From Bugula neritina (taxonomy: Eukaryota; Animalia; Bryozoa), in NCBI GenBank assembly GCA_964035545.1, contig OZ037770.1, forward strand, positions 12,390,642-12,454,641: DNA of 64,000 nt, in the 5' to 3' direction. A model generated the notes under the pieces. The model saw nothing but the letters and a program-made list of their open reading frames with translations. It did not search any database and was not told where the DNA came from. The position numbers and the translations under genes were made by a program. Each line of letters opens with the position of its first letter. Positions within the stretch are counted from its first letter, which is position 1. This document shows positions 12,443 to 25,758 of the stretch, piece after piece.

Positions 12443-13548
12443 ATGGACAGTCACTTTAGCTCAGATGTGGAATATTCTGGAGATGTCATTTATACAGAAG
12501 AAGATCTCCCCAGTGCAGAAGTCAATTTACCCAATGCAGAAGAAGATCCAAGAAATGCAGAAGAAGCAGAATTACAGCCAGCGCAAGATCTCCCAGCTCA
12601 CGCAGAAGATGCTGATGCAGACTTGAGGCAACATGTTCCTTTAGAACCAAACATATTGGTGGTAGATGGCCCATACTTCAGGAGAATATCACCTGAACCT
12701 AGAGATAGACAATCTGCTGTCTCCCCACTGTTAGATGCCCGTCAGCGGGCTGCACAGCATCCTCACGATGATATATGGACAGAACCATTACCGGTTGGTG
12801 AGCCCAGGGAACCTCAACCGGCAGAAGACAATTTTTCAATACCTGAGGAATTCCTTATGGCACCTGAAGAGATATTACCAGAGGTAAGTATTTCTTATGC
12901 AATTATAGCAGAAAGCAACTTTATATGCTATGCAATACTGTAGAATACCATTTACAATACATTGCTCTTTACAAATCTAAAGCCATTACAAAATTTGTAA
13001 AATGTCCTTTATGATAAGAGTACTTTAAGATAACTTCAGTGTTCTTTGTAGCTGTGCCTGTAGTTTTGTCAGAAATTGCCACATAGTATTACTTTAAATC
13101 ATGGTTTTTGTTTATGAATTTTGAAATAACTTTCTATTTTGGGTCTATAGTTTATAACTAAATAGAGCAATTTGTTCGTTTTACTTCAATGCTGCCTTTT
13201 ATTCAAATATTAATATATAAAACTTGACTTGCAGCAGCATTTGAATGACTGCAAACTTTAGAACAACAAAGTAATCTTGTTTTAAATGGGTTTTATTGCA
13301 ACTATATGAAAAGTCCTGTTATTAGTCAATTCTATGATGTCTATTAATTACATCAAACTATTGCTAACAGAATTGTTGTATTTTGAAAGGTGGAAATGGC
13401 AGAAAGGAATGGCTGTTACTGCTGTTGCAACAGAGCATTCTGCAGTGCAGGTAGAGCAAGGAAAAGTGCAGTTGTAGCTGCATTCCTAATCAGCGCTGTA
13501 GCAATTACTGCAATAATTGCGACAATGAAGTTTAACGGTAAACAGTAG
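12443..13548 (+). CDS. Orphan acidic tail-anchored membrane protein TA1 (199 aa)
   Basis: Exons 12443-12883 (acidic, Pro-rich) and 13390-13548 (VEMAERNGCYCCCNRAFCSAGRARKSAVVAAFLISAVAITAIIATMKFNGKQ*); phase-0 GT-AG intron; C-terminal hydrophobic helix. Confidence 0.78.
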
Positions 13549-14836
13549 CTTCAACATATGTGTATTGTTTTCACCTTGATTTTTATTTATTTTTTTTTCA
13601 AATAGAAATTTTCCAATTTATGAAAACCTTAAGCTGTTTTTCATCCTTATTTTTTCAATAGTTTTGCTTATGCTAATAAAATAACAGCTTTAAGTCTGCT
13701 GACTTTCAATAGAATAAAAAAATTGTTTTCTCCTAAAACAGCAGCTGGCTGTGTTATAATAAACATTGTTTGAACAAATTATTCTTATATTTTAATTTCT
13801 TCTACTACCTGAACAGGCACATTATTTAGTGATGATAAAAACTATACAGAAGTGAAAAAAAAGATAAACTGTCTATAATAGACTTTTGCTTCACTCTTTT
13901 GAAGTTATTCTCTTCAAAAACTTATATGCTAAATTATATAATGGGCTGAAAATTTTAGCATGTGAATAAACAGGCACAGAGAATTCTATTTTACTAAAAA
14001 TAAGTTCAGCTTTCTGCATGTAACAGGGTCATGTGTGATTGATATAAAAGAAATTGCAAAATTTCAACACGCAATAAAAATTAACTTAAATAGGATATCA
14101 ATAGCAACATTTATTTCTTTATTTGGCAAAAATTGCAATATCCTTTTAAATGCCAGCATCTAAAAAACATAACTGAAATTAAATATCTAAATTTACCAAC
14201 TATCAACCTAGCTATTGCCAGTTATAATGGGATGCATAATCAGTCTTTTCTAAATCTATTTGTTTCTGCATATATGCTGCAGCCATCTAATTACCTGTAA
14301 AGTTATTAATTCCTTATAAGATTAACCTTCAGGATTAATAATAATATTTGGCTATTAGTTTGGTAATCTATTTATCATTTTAGAATAAATATCTTAAGGT
14401 CATAGCTTTAAGTTTGTAGATGTTCTTGTTTTTAAAGAAGTATATATTGTCAAGAGTGCCTTGTATTCAGCAGTAGGCCTATCATATAATTCTTGAAGAA
14501 TAAATCAAAGACTTAGAGGGCCTTAAATTGTTACAGAACAACTCTGCAAAAACTGCAATAATCTGATAAAATTATCAACTATTAATTATTCATCAAGCCA
14601 GAATACATTTACTGAGCTCTATGTCTGCATAGCGCAATGCTGCCTTTTATTCAATAATTAACTCATAAACTCAACTTGCATTAGTATTTGAATGACTGCA
14701 AACTTTAGAACAACAAAAAAAACATATTATTTTAGACAGGTTTTATTACAAATATATGAAAAGTCTTATCTTTAGTCAATTTTATGTTATCTGGTAATGA
14801 TATCAAGCATATATAGCTATTTTTGTATTTTTAAAA

Positions 14837-15043
14837 GTGGAAATCACAAAAAGGGATAAATGTTATTGCAGACGAGGTACTGTCGAAAAAAGTGCAGTCA
14901 TAGCGGCATTCCTAATCAGCGCATTAGTGATTACCATGATAATTGTAACTGTGGAATTGAATATAGTAAACGCAGTAGACTTCACATGCATAATATGTAT
15001 ATATTCATTTCACTCTGATTCTCATTTATTTTTGTTCAAATAA
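14837..15043 (+). pseudogene. Orphan duplicate of the TA1/TA2 terminal membrane-anchor exon
   Basis: VEITKRDKCYCRRGTVEKSAVIAAFLISALVITMIIVTVELN. Upstream 14630-14830 matches TA1 intron 13185-13385. The homologous acceptor reads aa|gtg instead of ag|gtg, and the family stop codon is out of frame. Confidence 0.6.
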
Positions 15044-15059
15044 ATAATGACACACATAA

Positions 15060-18000
15060 ATAAAATGTATAATTAGCTTCGATTAAATCAAATTTTAGTA
15101 ATTTAATTTTTGATTTTTTAATATGTAAGTTTCTATTGAGTGGTTAATAATAATAATATTTAAAAAGAAACAAAAAGAAGGTCTTTCTCTGATATATATG
15201 CATATCAATATAATGAGAAGTGGTCATCAATTTATACTTAACTTTTGGCTCATTCTTATTTTAACAATCACTACGTGTACACAAATTTCAACCAGTAAGT
15301 CTTGATTATTTGAGACTTGAATACATTTTAACATACATGCAGCAGGATTCAGTGTGTAAAGTGAAAATTAAAACAGTGATAAACTTACTATAGCCATTTA
15401 TAAAAATCTCTAGTATTACTTGGTTTGAGGGACCAGCAGAAAGTCTTACAAAGACATAGCTTTGTTTTACATTTCTAACCTGGAACATAGGCTTTTCTCA
15501 AATTTTCTATTGCTGCATACGTACCTCTAACCAGCTTACAACCATTTAGAGAAACTAAATAGCTGAAGCTTGCCAGCAAAATACAATTGATTTTTGTTTA
15601 ATGCTTATAGTGGCTAAATGGATCAACCAATTGTCACAGCTTGACCTACTAAACCATGACAATATAGCTTAGGGCTGTTGACTATATGAGTTTCTATATA
15701 GAAACTCATTAATTTAACTTAGAATTATGTTATGAAACATAGACAGCATTGTAGAGATTTTTGAGCAACATGCTATAATAACTTTTTTGCTTTCAAAGGG
15801 GCTTTAAAATGACTAACAAAGAAGATTCAAAGTTGAACTAAATTGTCTAAAGGAAACAAGCCAAAATGCAAAGTTTTCTTGACTGCATAGAACCAAGGTG
15901 TATTTTTAAAAGCAAGGCAATATTCACATAGAGTAAAAAGTTCAGTTATAAGTCAAGGTTTTATACATAGTATCTAAAAGCTAGTTGCGATTTGTTTGAA
16001 GTCTAATAATTTTTCTGTGACAAGAACTGGCTGCAGTTTTAAGAAGCAAAAGTTTTGCCAACAAAGTTTAACTAATTCTATTTAATTTATATTTTTATTA
16101 GAGCTTAAATTTTTATTGATTATTCTATCTTTATTAGCCTGACTAGTTTAATTGAAACAAATTCAAATAAATAATTAAGTTTTAGTTTATTTGTGACATG
16201 CTGGAAGAACTCTTGATTGTACCACACACAGTAGACTTTCCAAGTTCTAATATTGGTTGTATGACTGTTTAAGGAAAGCAGCATTTTTACAAAGCTGATT
16301 CACCAAGTTGATCTATAATTTATCCAATTAATTAATTTAATAAAATTATAGTGATTTTATTTTACACATTTTAATATATGCAGAAGCACTTCTAAGTTCT
16401 GAAATAGAAGTTCTTAGCTATAAAAATAGTGTAACTGTGCAAAAAGAACAGAAACATAAGTATAAGCATGTAAATTTTCTTCAACCTAACAAAGCCACGG
16501 CACAACTCAAAGACTTACACACATACATGTAGCTTAAGGGCTATCTATTGACATAGCAGATTGCACCAAATCACATATAATTAGCTCACATATAGCTATA
16601 TATACATATAAAGCTAAGATTATAGCTCTTTCCTTGTTTAGATCTCATAAAATATTTTCTCCGTCATTTGGCAGGCACAAACATTTGGGTAAGTCAAGTT
16701 TTATATTACACAGTATTTTTGAAAATGAAATAAAATGTAAACAAAGAAAATTAATTAAAGGACGTATTTTGCTTTAATGAAAATATAAAATTTTGGTTTA
16801 TTTAAAATCATTTTCAAGTGTTTACGACACAAGCATTAAATGTGAAACACGCAATTGACATTAGACATTTAACTATAAGTATATGACAAATATAATAATT
16901 ATAGATACATAGAACAATGCTCATGAGCTGCATTAAAATTTTATATTATATAAGAAAATATGTTTTAAATAAATATAATTACGCAATAAATTTAATTAAT
17001 CTGTTTTATAAACAATTAAACAGAAGTTTTCAAACTGTGTATACTATTGCATAATCTAGGCAGTTTATTTTCATAATACAACATTGTCTTTAGTCAGCAA
17101 TTTTAACAATTATTTTAGTTTTTATACTCAGAGCAAAATAGTTTTCAAGTTTTTTAATTTCATTAAATAAATTGTATCAAACTATTTTCACCTTTCAAGA
17201 TTGCAAGATAAAGCTGCAATGGGAAGTCAATCTGACTCAGAAAAAAAGAGTTCTGGAGAAGAAGATGACAGCAATGCTGAAGAACAACATCTTCTCAGTG
17301 CAGACGAAGATTTTCTCAGTGCAGAAGAACAGATCTTCAGTGCAGAAGAAGGTTTCCTTAGTGCAGAGGAGCATCCTCTTAGTGCAGAAGAAAAAGATTC
17401 CTCCAATGCAGAGGAAGATCTCCCCAATGTAGAAGCAGAAATTCAGCCAGCGCAAGATCTTCCAGCTCATGCAGAAGATGCTGAAGTTGACGTGAGACGC
17501 CATATTCCTTTAGAACCAAACATATTGGTGGTAGAAGGTCCATGTATTAGAAGAATTTCTCCCCAGCCTGTAAATAGACAATCTTCAATTTTCTCGCTAT
17601 CAGACCTTTACCCAAGTGCAGATACACGGAACCTGGATGATGACATCTGGCCAGAACCATTACCTGTAAGTAATCCCTGGGAGTCTCAGTCTGAGGAAGA
17701 TATGTTTTCAATACCTGAAGATCTATTAGCAGAGGTATAAACGTTTCTTATGCAATTATAGCAGAAGACAACCTTGCATGCATACGAAATTCTGTGTGAC
17801 GTGTGTGTATACATATATCAATGCTTAACTAATGCAAACTATATTGTAAATTTTAAAGGAAGAAGTTACACGGAGGAACAACTTTTATTGCTGCTGTGAC
17901 AGACCACTCTGTACTGTAAGTGATGCAAAGAAAAGTGCAGTCATAGCTGCATTTCTAATCAGCGCTGTAGCAATTACCATGATAATTGTAACTGTGAAAT

Positions 18001-18200
18001 TGAATAGTCAACAATAGACTGCTCATATATGTCTATTTATTTTTCTCTGATTTCCACTTATTCTTTGTTCAAATAGATATTTTCAAACTTGTAGAACCAT
18101 GCTCCTATTGTCATCATTATTTTTTTCAAAAATACCCTTTTTAAATTTCAAAAATTGTTATAAAAATAATAAGTTTTAGCCTGCTGACTCTTGACCCTCG
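15060..18200 (+). repeat. Diverged tandem segmental duplicate of ~10500-13760 (TA1 unit)
   Basis: Collinear similarity of upstream region, TATA/non-coding exon, both coding exons and 3' flank. Confidence 0.75.
17219..18017 (+). CDS. Orphan acidic tail-anchored membrane protein TA2 (paralog of TA1, 224 aa)
   Basis: Exons 17219-17734 (7-aa xLSAEEx repeats; shared QPAQDLPAHAEDA and PLEPNILVVEGP blocks) and 17859-18017 (EEVTRRNNFYCCCDRPLCTVSDAKKSAVIAAFLISAVAITMIIVTVKLNSQQ*). Confidence 0.78.
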
Positions 18201-18653
18201 GCCTACTTTATTATAAAAACTGTGTTACAATAAATAATTTATAAATGAAAACTATTCTTATATATGCTTAGTTCATTTTTAACTGCACATGTACATGTAT
18301 AAAGCTATTTAATACATGTATATAATGTATAATAATAGTAAAAGTTAGAGAAGTAAAATGATGCAATATGGCTAGGTCCATAAAATGTTGTTTCACATTT
18401 TGAAATCTAATATTTTTAAACACTTGCATATAATAAGCTAGATTATATATAATGTGTACAATATGAATCAGAAATTTGCATGTATATATACAATTTAATT
18501 TAAGGATTTAATTTAAATGGATCTTAAATAATTAAATAATTATTTAAAGAAAGAAGAATCATTTCTCAACCTAAATTATTGATAAAAATTATTCAAAGCT
18601 ATAATTGATAAAAACACTTTTAAGTAGCAGCTATAATAGGGGTCATATCCCAG

Positions 18654-18866
18654 AGAGCAGCCGTGGTCTAGGGGTTAAAGTTCTTGCTTTGTGAACACGA
18701 AGTCATGAATTCGAGCCAGGACAAAGGCCATTGGTGTGCTAGGAAGAGCATCCAGTCATAATTGCTCCTGTGCCTCATTTGAACATGTCCTTAGCCCGTT
18801 CTAACAAAAACCCTTTCTATCAGGGGTTTCTCACAGGGATGGGGACTATAAACTTGCATGAGAGTT
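18654..18866 (+). mobile_element. tRNA-derived SINE, near full length
   Basis: Box A tggtctagggg, box B-like aattcgagcc, body identical in layout to copies at 23337 and 55370; approximate TSD ataggggt(c/t)atatc. Confidence 0.85.
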
Positions 18867-19588
18867 ATAGGGGTTATATCTCACAATGCTTTAGACTTAA
18901 CTACCTTATATAGCCACATTTACATCTGAAATCTAGTAAAATAATATAGTGTTACATAATATAAATTGTTTCATGTTGCTATGACAGTAATTAGTCTATG
19001 GAAAAAGCTTATGACATATATATACTCTAATCTGCCATTCATTTTTTTCAGTTTGAATATAAGACTGTAGATAAGATGTTTTACAAGAACTTCATTGATC
19101 AGTGCAAAGCATTGAATGTGGTGATACAAAAGAACAGAATTAATTTCCTTTTAAGCTATAATTGCAATCATTCTTTTTTGAAAAAATAGTTAGAACCTAT
19201 AACTATAAAGTAAATGTAAAAATTAATCACATTTTCTTAAAAGCAAGTAGTTTGTTTCATGCAGCTTTTTATTTGATACGTGGAGCCTTTGTTGTAGAGA
19301 TGAGTCTATTTATATCTATGCACTGAGGTGAATTACCTGCAGACGTATCGGAAAACTATAATATCTATATAGGAACAAAATATAACGTTCTTCAAATTTA
19401 GGTTGGAATAAAAAAACCAATCTTTCGGTTTGATTATTTCCGAGTGCACATAAATGTTTTTAAGTTTTGATCTGCATGAAAACGTTATTTTAAAGTACAT
19501 GTTAAAATTTTCAAATTCTCTTTTCTCTTGCATCATAGTTTTTTGTGCTTATAAAATTAGGGAGACTTCAAAATTAAACTAATAAATA

Positions 19589-19870
19589 GTGTGTGCACGT
19601 GTTATGTGTTATGTGTGTTGTGTGTGTTGTGTGTGTTGCATGTGTTATGTGTTCTATGTTGTGTGTTGCCTGTTGTGTGTTGCGTGTTGTGTGTGTTGTG
19701 TGTGTTGTGTGTGTTGTGTGTGTTGTGTGTTATGTGTGTCGTGTGCTGTGCCTTGTGTGTACTATGTTGTGTGTTGCCTGTTGTGTGTTGCGTGTTGTGT
19801 GTGCATGTGTTGTGTGGGTACGTGTTGTTTGTTGTGCATTGTGTGTTGTGTGCTGTGTTATGTCTGCATG
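19589..19870. repeat. GT-rich compound microsatellite, (GTGTGTT)n-like
   Basis: Directly visible; source of spurious Cys/Val and His/Thr ORFs. Confidence 0.95.
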
Positions 19871-20652
19871 AAAGTGGATATTGTTTTGTAGAATTCATGT
19901 TTACAGCATGTTGTAGAGTTATGAATTATATTTATTATGGTTTTCTGAAATAAATTTGAAAAAAATACCTTTATTGATTATAGGGGGAACTTTATGGTTT
20001 GCAACCTGATATATTTGACTTTTCCATATCATTTTATTTGCAGTATCTAAACCCAACTTATTATATTGGCAACAATCTACAAATTCACTATTTATGTACA
20101 AAATCTTATATGTGCATGATATATTTTGTATATTTTTCACATTTGAACATATTAATCACAATAATGTAACAGAAATATCATTTATGGTTTTTTGTAAGAT
20201 AAAATAACAAAACAAATGTCATGGGTAAGTTGACAATTACCAGTTAGATATGGATGTTATTTATAAAAAACCAATTCAAATTTTTCTAATCACAAACGTC
20301 TTTATCAACACAAACACTGATTTGCAATATAGATTATGTTATAAGCAGTACAATATATTATGTTATAGAGAAATAAAAGTTAAAAAGTCCAATACTCAAG
20401 ATGTTTCATATATATGTTAAAAATATTCGAACTGGTCTTCAATTGCCAGCATCTATAAACCTGAAAGCTTCAGACCAGATAAAAAACTGCCCACAGTTGT
20501 TTGCATGGATGAGTTAATATTTTTCACAACATATAACAAAAAGCCACTAGTATATATGCAGTAGCCCTTACACTACACTCACTATAGATAATATTACATG
20601 GGGAGGGGGTGGGGTATAGCTCTTTAGACAATCAATTCATAACCTCTCAAAC

Positions 20653-22940
20653 CTAATAACCATGAACTTCAACCTCATGAAGGTTTAAAGCTGTTGTAGC
20701 ATTGAATAGAATCTGAACAAACCGGCCACTGATTGGTTGATCACATGTAGCTAGAGTGTAGTATTGGTTGAGATAACTATCAACATATTTACACAGAACT
20801 TCTCTGTTAGATCCAGTAAACTCTATATCTTCCTCTGCCATAGCAACTGTTACTTCTGCGTTCATTGCTTTCTGACTGTATTCTATTTCTATAAAATTAT
20901 AATTCATCTATGAAACTTTCTTTTAAAAGTCTGAAAGTTTAATCTTTTGATTAACCTTGACTGCATGTGCATTATTTTCAAAAACTGCTCATTTTTAGCT
21001 TGTTTAGATTTTTTGATTATGGCTGGTGCAAAAAATTCTATGCTGATTTTTCACAATTGACTTTGATAAAAGAGTAGAAAAAAATTAGAGCACTTATTCA
21101 ATCCCAGGATCATTAATGAAGCTATATTACTGCTGTTTATATCCAAAGTTTGTGCATATGTGATACACAATATAGTGCAGATATGTTCTACCAATAAGGC
21201 AATCATACTCACCCTTAAATCTGTTGAGAATGTTAACAGCCCAGACACAGTGTACATCTCCCAGGTCTACTCTCCACCATGGTCTAGTCTCTCTTAAACT
21301 ATGTACCATTGATATTCGTTCATCTGCAGTTTCATATAGATACCGTCTACGGCTGCAGCCGCACCAAATGATAATTTCTTGACGGAATATTCCAGAACAG
21401 ATGATAGTTCTGCTAATTTATCTAGAAAGATAAAATTATGAGTTGTTGCTTCAGAACTTTTATTGATTTTATTACAAATTTTTTGATTTTATAAATTTTA
21501 TTACATTCAATTTTTTTATGTCTAAATTTTAAGGCCAGTATTTACATTAAAAACTTTGTAACATGTTTTAATGTCTGTGATATGTAATAAATCAAATAAT
21601 AGATCATTAATCACTTAATAAGGCATTTCCTATAAAACTTGCATTCAAAAACCAAAAGTTGAATCTGAGTTCTTTGCTATAATAAAAACTGAAAATATTA
21701 ATATAATTATTTCTCAACTTAAAATATGATATAAATCAGGGTTGGGATCAAATACATGTGAATGTAATTATTTACAATTACAGGAAAATTTGTCAATCAC
21801 AGTTACAATTATAATTACAGTTAAAAAGTAATGTAATTAATTACAAGTACAATTACATGGCAATGTAATTAATTACAATTGCTAATAATTTTGTTCTCGC
21901 AAGAGATAAATAGAAGTTATGCCATCTAACTTCTAGGGTCCAACTACTAGGGGCAATTTTGACAGTGGTGAACCTTCTTTGTTGTCAAAGGTGATACTGT
22001 ACTACATTGACTTAGTCTGAACTTCTTAGTTAACGCAGTAGGCATGGTAGGAAATATAGGGAATTTTTAAAATTTTAAAGTTTGAAGTAATTGACGTGTA
22101 ATTGTAAAGTAATTGTAAAAATCAATTAAATGCATTACATATGTAATTGATTACCATTACAATTGAAATTACATTTCTATGCATGCATCAATTACAAATT
22201 ACATTTAATTACTTGAAAAAATTAAATAATTACAACCAATTACAATTGCAAATTACAATTACCCCAAACCTGATATAAATATCAATAAAATTGCTCACTT
22301 CTAGCGAGTAATTTAGTGAATCTTTCTCTAACATCTGCTCTGATGTAGAAATCAGAATCATCTCCCTGTCCTTCAGGATACAGATTAGGGTTAACACATG
22401 TTTTAGCAGAGCATTTCTTGGTTAGCAAGTCATATGTGAATCCATTGCATTCTTTATTTTTCAAGCAATGAAAACCACAGTTATAGCTGGTAGAAATCGC
22501 CGTCCCAGAGTCATGTTGTGAAATGTTGGAGAGAGATTCTGGCATGACATAACTCTTGTAGAAGACAGCCTGGTTACCAGATACAGCCAGAGCTGTAAAC
22601 TTTACTAACAGCACTGCAAAAATATTATTTATAAAACAAATTCATTACCAGCTGTTTATTTTAGAAATGTTATATAATTTTTTACAACTATATAAACTGC
22701 CGTGCATATGTCTTGATCAGAATGATAAACTGAAAACTAAAAGCATGCAGGTGTATCAGTTTCTATTCAAACAATTACTTTGTATGCCAACATTTAAGTA
22801 TCCATACATTAATATGTGCATTTTGATTCTTTATTTGTCTAAAATTAAAACCACAAATGATATAAAATACTAGCAGAATGAAATTTGCTTTTAAAAAAGA
22901 TTTGCTTACCAAGTTTGCATGTCCTAAACCTGTCTTGCAT
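20653..22940 (-). pseudogene. PAN/apple + F-type lectin gene copy L1, with a +2 frameshift in exon 3
   Basis: Exons 22910-22940 (MQDRFRTCKL), 22299-22613 (signal peptide + PAN), 21213-21421 (FTLD N-half; 209 nt vs 207 in paralogs, extra AT at ~21334-21338 leads to a premature TAA), 20653-20888 (FTLD C-half). Confidence 0.8.
21737..22272. mobile_element. Non-autonomous hAT-type MITE in L1 intron 2
   Basis: TIRs CAGGGTTGGG / CCCAAACCTG, perfect 8-bp TSD ATATAAAT (21729-21736 and 22273-22280), many AATTAC/GTAATT subterminal repeats. Confidence 0.88.
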
Positions 22941-23336
22941 TTTTTCCAAACCCCTAGTAGCAACCTTAGCAAATATTAGTTTAGCTACACCAAATGTGGT
23001 GAACTTTCCTAACAAGTGACTTCATCTCTAATGTTTTTGATTATCTGTTAAATACCATATATTCCAGGAAAGATAATTAATTTGAAACATAAGTTTAGGT
23101 TAAAGTTCTTTAAAAATATAGAAAATCTTTATCTGTAAACATAATAAAGTTTGCTTGAAACTATTGATTGTCATTAGCGTTAAAGTTAGAGTTATAGAGC
23201 TGTATCAATAAAAGAAAAGAAATTTCTAATTACTTTTTTCTTGTACATGTATAATACACAGCACATTTGTTTGATGATGATCAAAGATCTTAAATATAGT
23301 GTAATGAATTAATAGCAGTCTTTATCTATATACAAT

Positions 23337-23554
23337 GGAGCAGCCGTGGTCTAGGGGTTAGAGCGTTTGCCTAGTAAACACGAAGGTCATGGGTTCGAGC
23401 CCTGACAAAGGCCATTGGTGATGTTAGGAAGAGCATCCAGTCATAATTGCTCCTGTGCCTCATTTAAACAAGTCCTTAGCCCGCTTTAACAAAAACCCTT
23501 TCTATCAGGGGTTTCTCACAGGGATAGTGACTATAAACTTGCGCGAGTTTTTTT
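23337..23554 (+). mobile_element. tRNA-derived SINE, young full-length copy
   Basis: Box A TGGTCTAGGGG, box B GGTTCGAGCCC, T-run tail, 16-bp TSD tttatc(t/a)atatacaat at 23321-23336 and 23555-23570. Confidence 0.92.
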
Positions 23555-24301
23555 TTTATCAATATACAATAAAAGCAAGTTATGTATATTCTGCAGTAGA
23601 TATATAAAACAAGTCTATTTGTTTTAGTAATTGCCTGTGCTTTGCTTTATATACCTACAATGTATCTGTTGATGCTATATATGCATTATATAAACGCATG
23701 TATAGTTGGAATTTTACTTTACTTAACTTATTAATGCTATTATAGTACCTACAGCATAAAATATATCATACAGCATAAGCTAGCTATCAAAATATAGCTG
23801 CATAAACGAAATACTTATACAGCTTTTTCATATTAATTTTAAAAAGCATTATTCTTTATAAAGAAAAACAAGCTGAGTTATACAAAAACCTACAGCGTCA
23901 ATTAGCCTTTATTATAATACATGTGCAACTATAAAAAGAAGCCCAAGTATTTATTCTTCGCGCAGGTATAGCCTAAGTTGTTTATATTTGCCCTTAGAAC
24001 ATCTCAAGCTAAATTAGTTTATATCGTTGAAAATTTTTACAAAGAAGAATGATTAGTTCAAGCTACTATGTTACTATAATTATTTTAATTTATGATTATA
24101 CTTTAACATAAAAATTTGAAACAATACATTACACAGGGTCATCACATAATGTTACATATTTAAACCGCTGGATATTCTTAAAATGGAGAAGTGCTTAATA
24201 ATTTTTGGTAAAAATTATATTCAAATGGGAGGATTTGTATTTCATAATTATTCAGTTTTGTCTTGATCTCTCTGCAGCCTGAGCTGACAGCAATTGAAGA
24301 G

Positions 24302-25081
24302 ATGACTCAGAGTGAACAAACCAATTTATTGGTAAACCCAGAGCTGTCCTCCAACAGATCCAGAAGGGAAGAAAGAAGACAATTCCAAGTAGCACTCAAC
24401 GCCTCCACTCCAGATCAGATAAAAGTTTCAAATGTTTTTGGATTTATCTGCAAGCAAATTTAGCTTTTTATAGTAAGTGACATACATGTGTATATAGTTT
24501 GTAACTGACTTTTGCAACTTTCGCTGTTTGAATTCTGCTGTTGAGTAAACCTATAACAAAGCAATTAAAATTTTTAAGCAACAATTAACTTAAGTTCATT
24601 GTATAAAGCAGCTTATAAGAGACTTAATATATCAGCTTTAGTCTCAAAACTTACATATGTATACTTTTGACCTGCATGGTTGACTAAGGTAACAGTATAG
24701 TTGTAAATCTCAAATTGAGAATATCAGAAGAACTTTCTTCTCTTTTCATACTAAACAGTAAAGTTGATTTAATGCTGCAAAAATTAAATTTTTATTAAAA
24801 AGTAACAATAACTTTTGTAAAAAAGCAGATTTTTGTAAATATTCAATTATTTGTTTGACTCTTTGAATCACATTTTAAGTCTTAAAACTTTTTCTGTCTA
24901 TGTTGAGCTAGAAGTGTCAGTTTGTTGACAGGTTGAAACAAGTGCTTGGAACAAGTTTGACCAGTTGCTTCAACCAGTTAAAGTGAGGCGTGGCTTCATT
25001 TGTGTAGGCATAGGCTTCATTCTACTTGGAGTTATTCTATTTATAGCAGCAGTAATTCTGCAACAGACTTTCTACTTGTAG
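24302..25081 (+). CDS. Small orphan tail-anchored protein TA3 (~90 aa)
   Basis: Exons 24302-24424 (MTQSEQTNLLVNPE...DQIK; donor gtttca is weak) and 24932-25081 (VETSAWNKFDQLLQPVKVRRGFICVGIGFILLGVILFIAAVILQQTFYL*); TATA and non-coding exon upstream. Confidence 0.6.
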
Positions 25082-25758
25082 CACCAAGTCAAGATTCATA
25101 AGGTCAAAAATATGGCTGTTTTATATTACTGTTTCAATTTATATATATATGTAAGATTTTTATTAACTGCAAAGCAATGCTCAGCATCTCATTGTGGGTG
25201 AAATTTACTTTTAAATAAAGATATCAAAATGACTTTAAATTAGCTTTTTCCTTAAGAATTCCAGCTTTTAAGGCTGTTACAACTATAAAACTCTTTCTAG
25301 CTCACATATATGCATAACAATATAACCATAAAGTTTTAAGTGAAAGTAGACAATCAGAGCAAAAAGCTAATAAAAGGACATAGAAGTTGCAGTTCTTTTA
25401 TATTCAGGTTTGCTATTTCATTTCTGGTATGCTATCTGAAACTAGTTCTAATTATTGAGGCATTTTAAGTAGCAATTAATTATGACTATTTCAACCAATT
25501 GATAGAACAACCTTAATTTTTCACAAAGGCTGCAGTAAAATATTAGCTAGAAAGTTCTTTACCATGTTTAGCAGTTTTAAAATTATATAAACACGTAGCT
25601 ATAATTTATAGACACTTAAAACTGACGGAAAACTTGCCGAAATATAAAATAATTTAGGCCTATGCCTTCATGTCTTTTTAAGAAGAACCTATATTCAATA
25701 ATATAAGTATAATCTTTAGAATAGGTGAACTAACTTTAGATTGAGTTCCATCTGCAGA

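Noticed and set aside
19589-19953. Cys/Val-rich and His/Thr-rich ORFs resembling metallothionein
   Set aside because: Translations of a GT microsatellite, open in several frames
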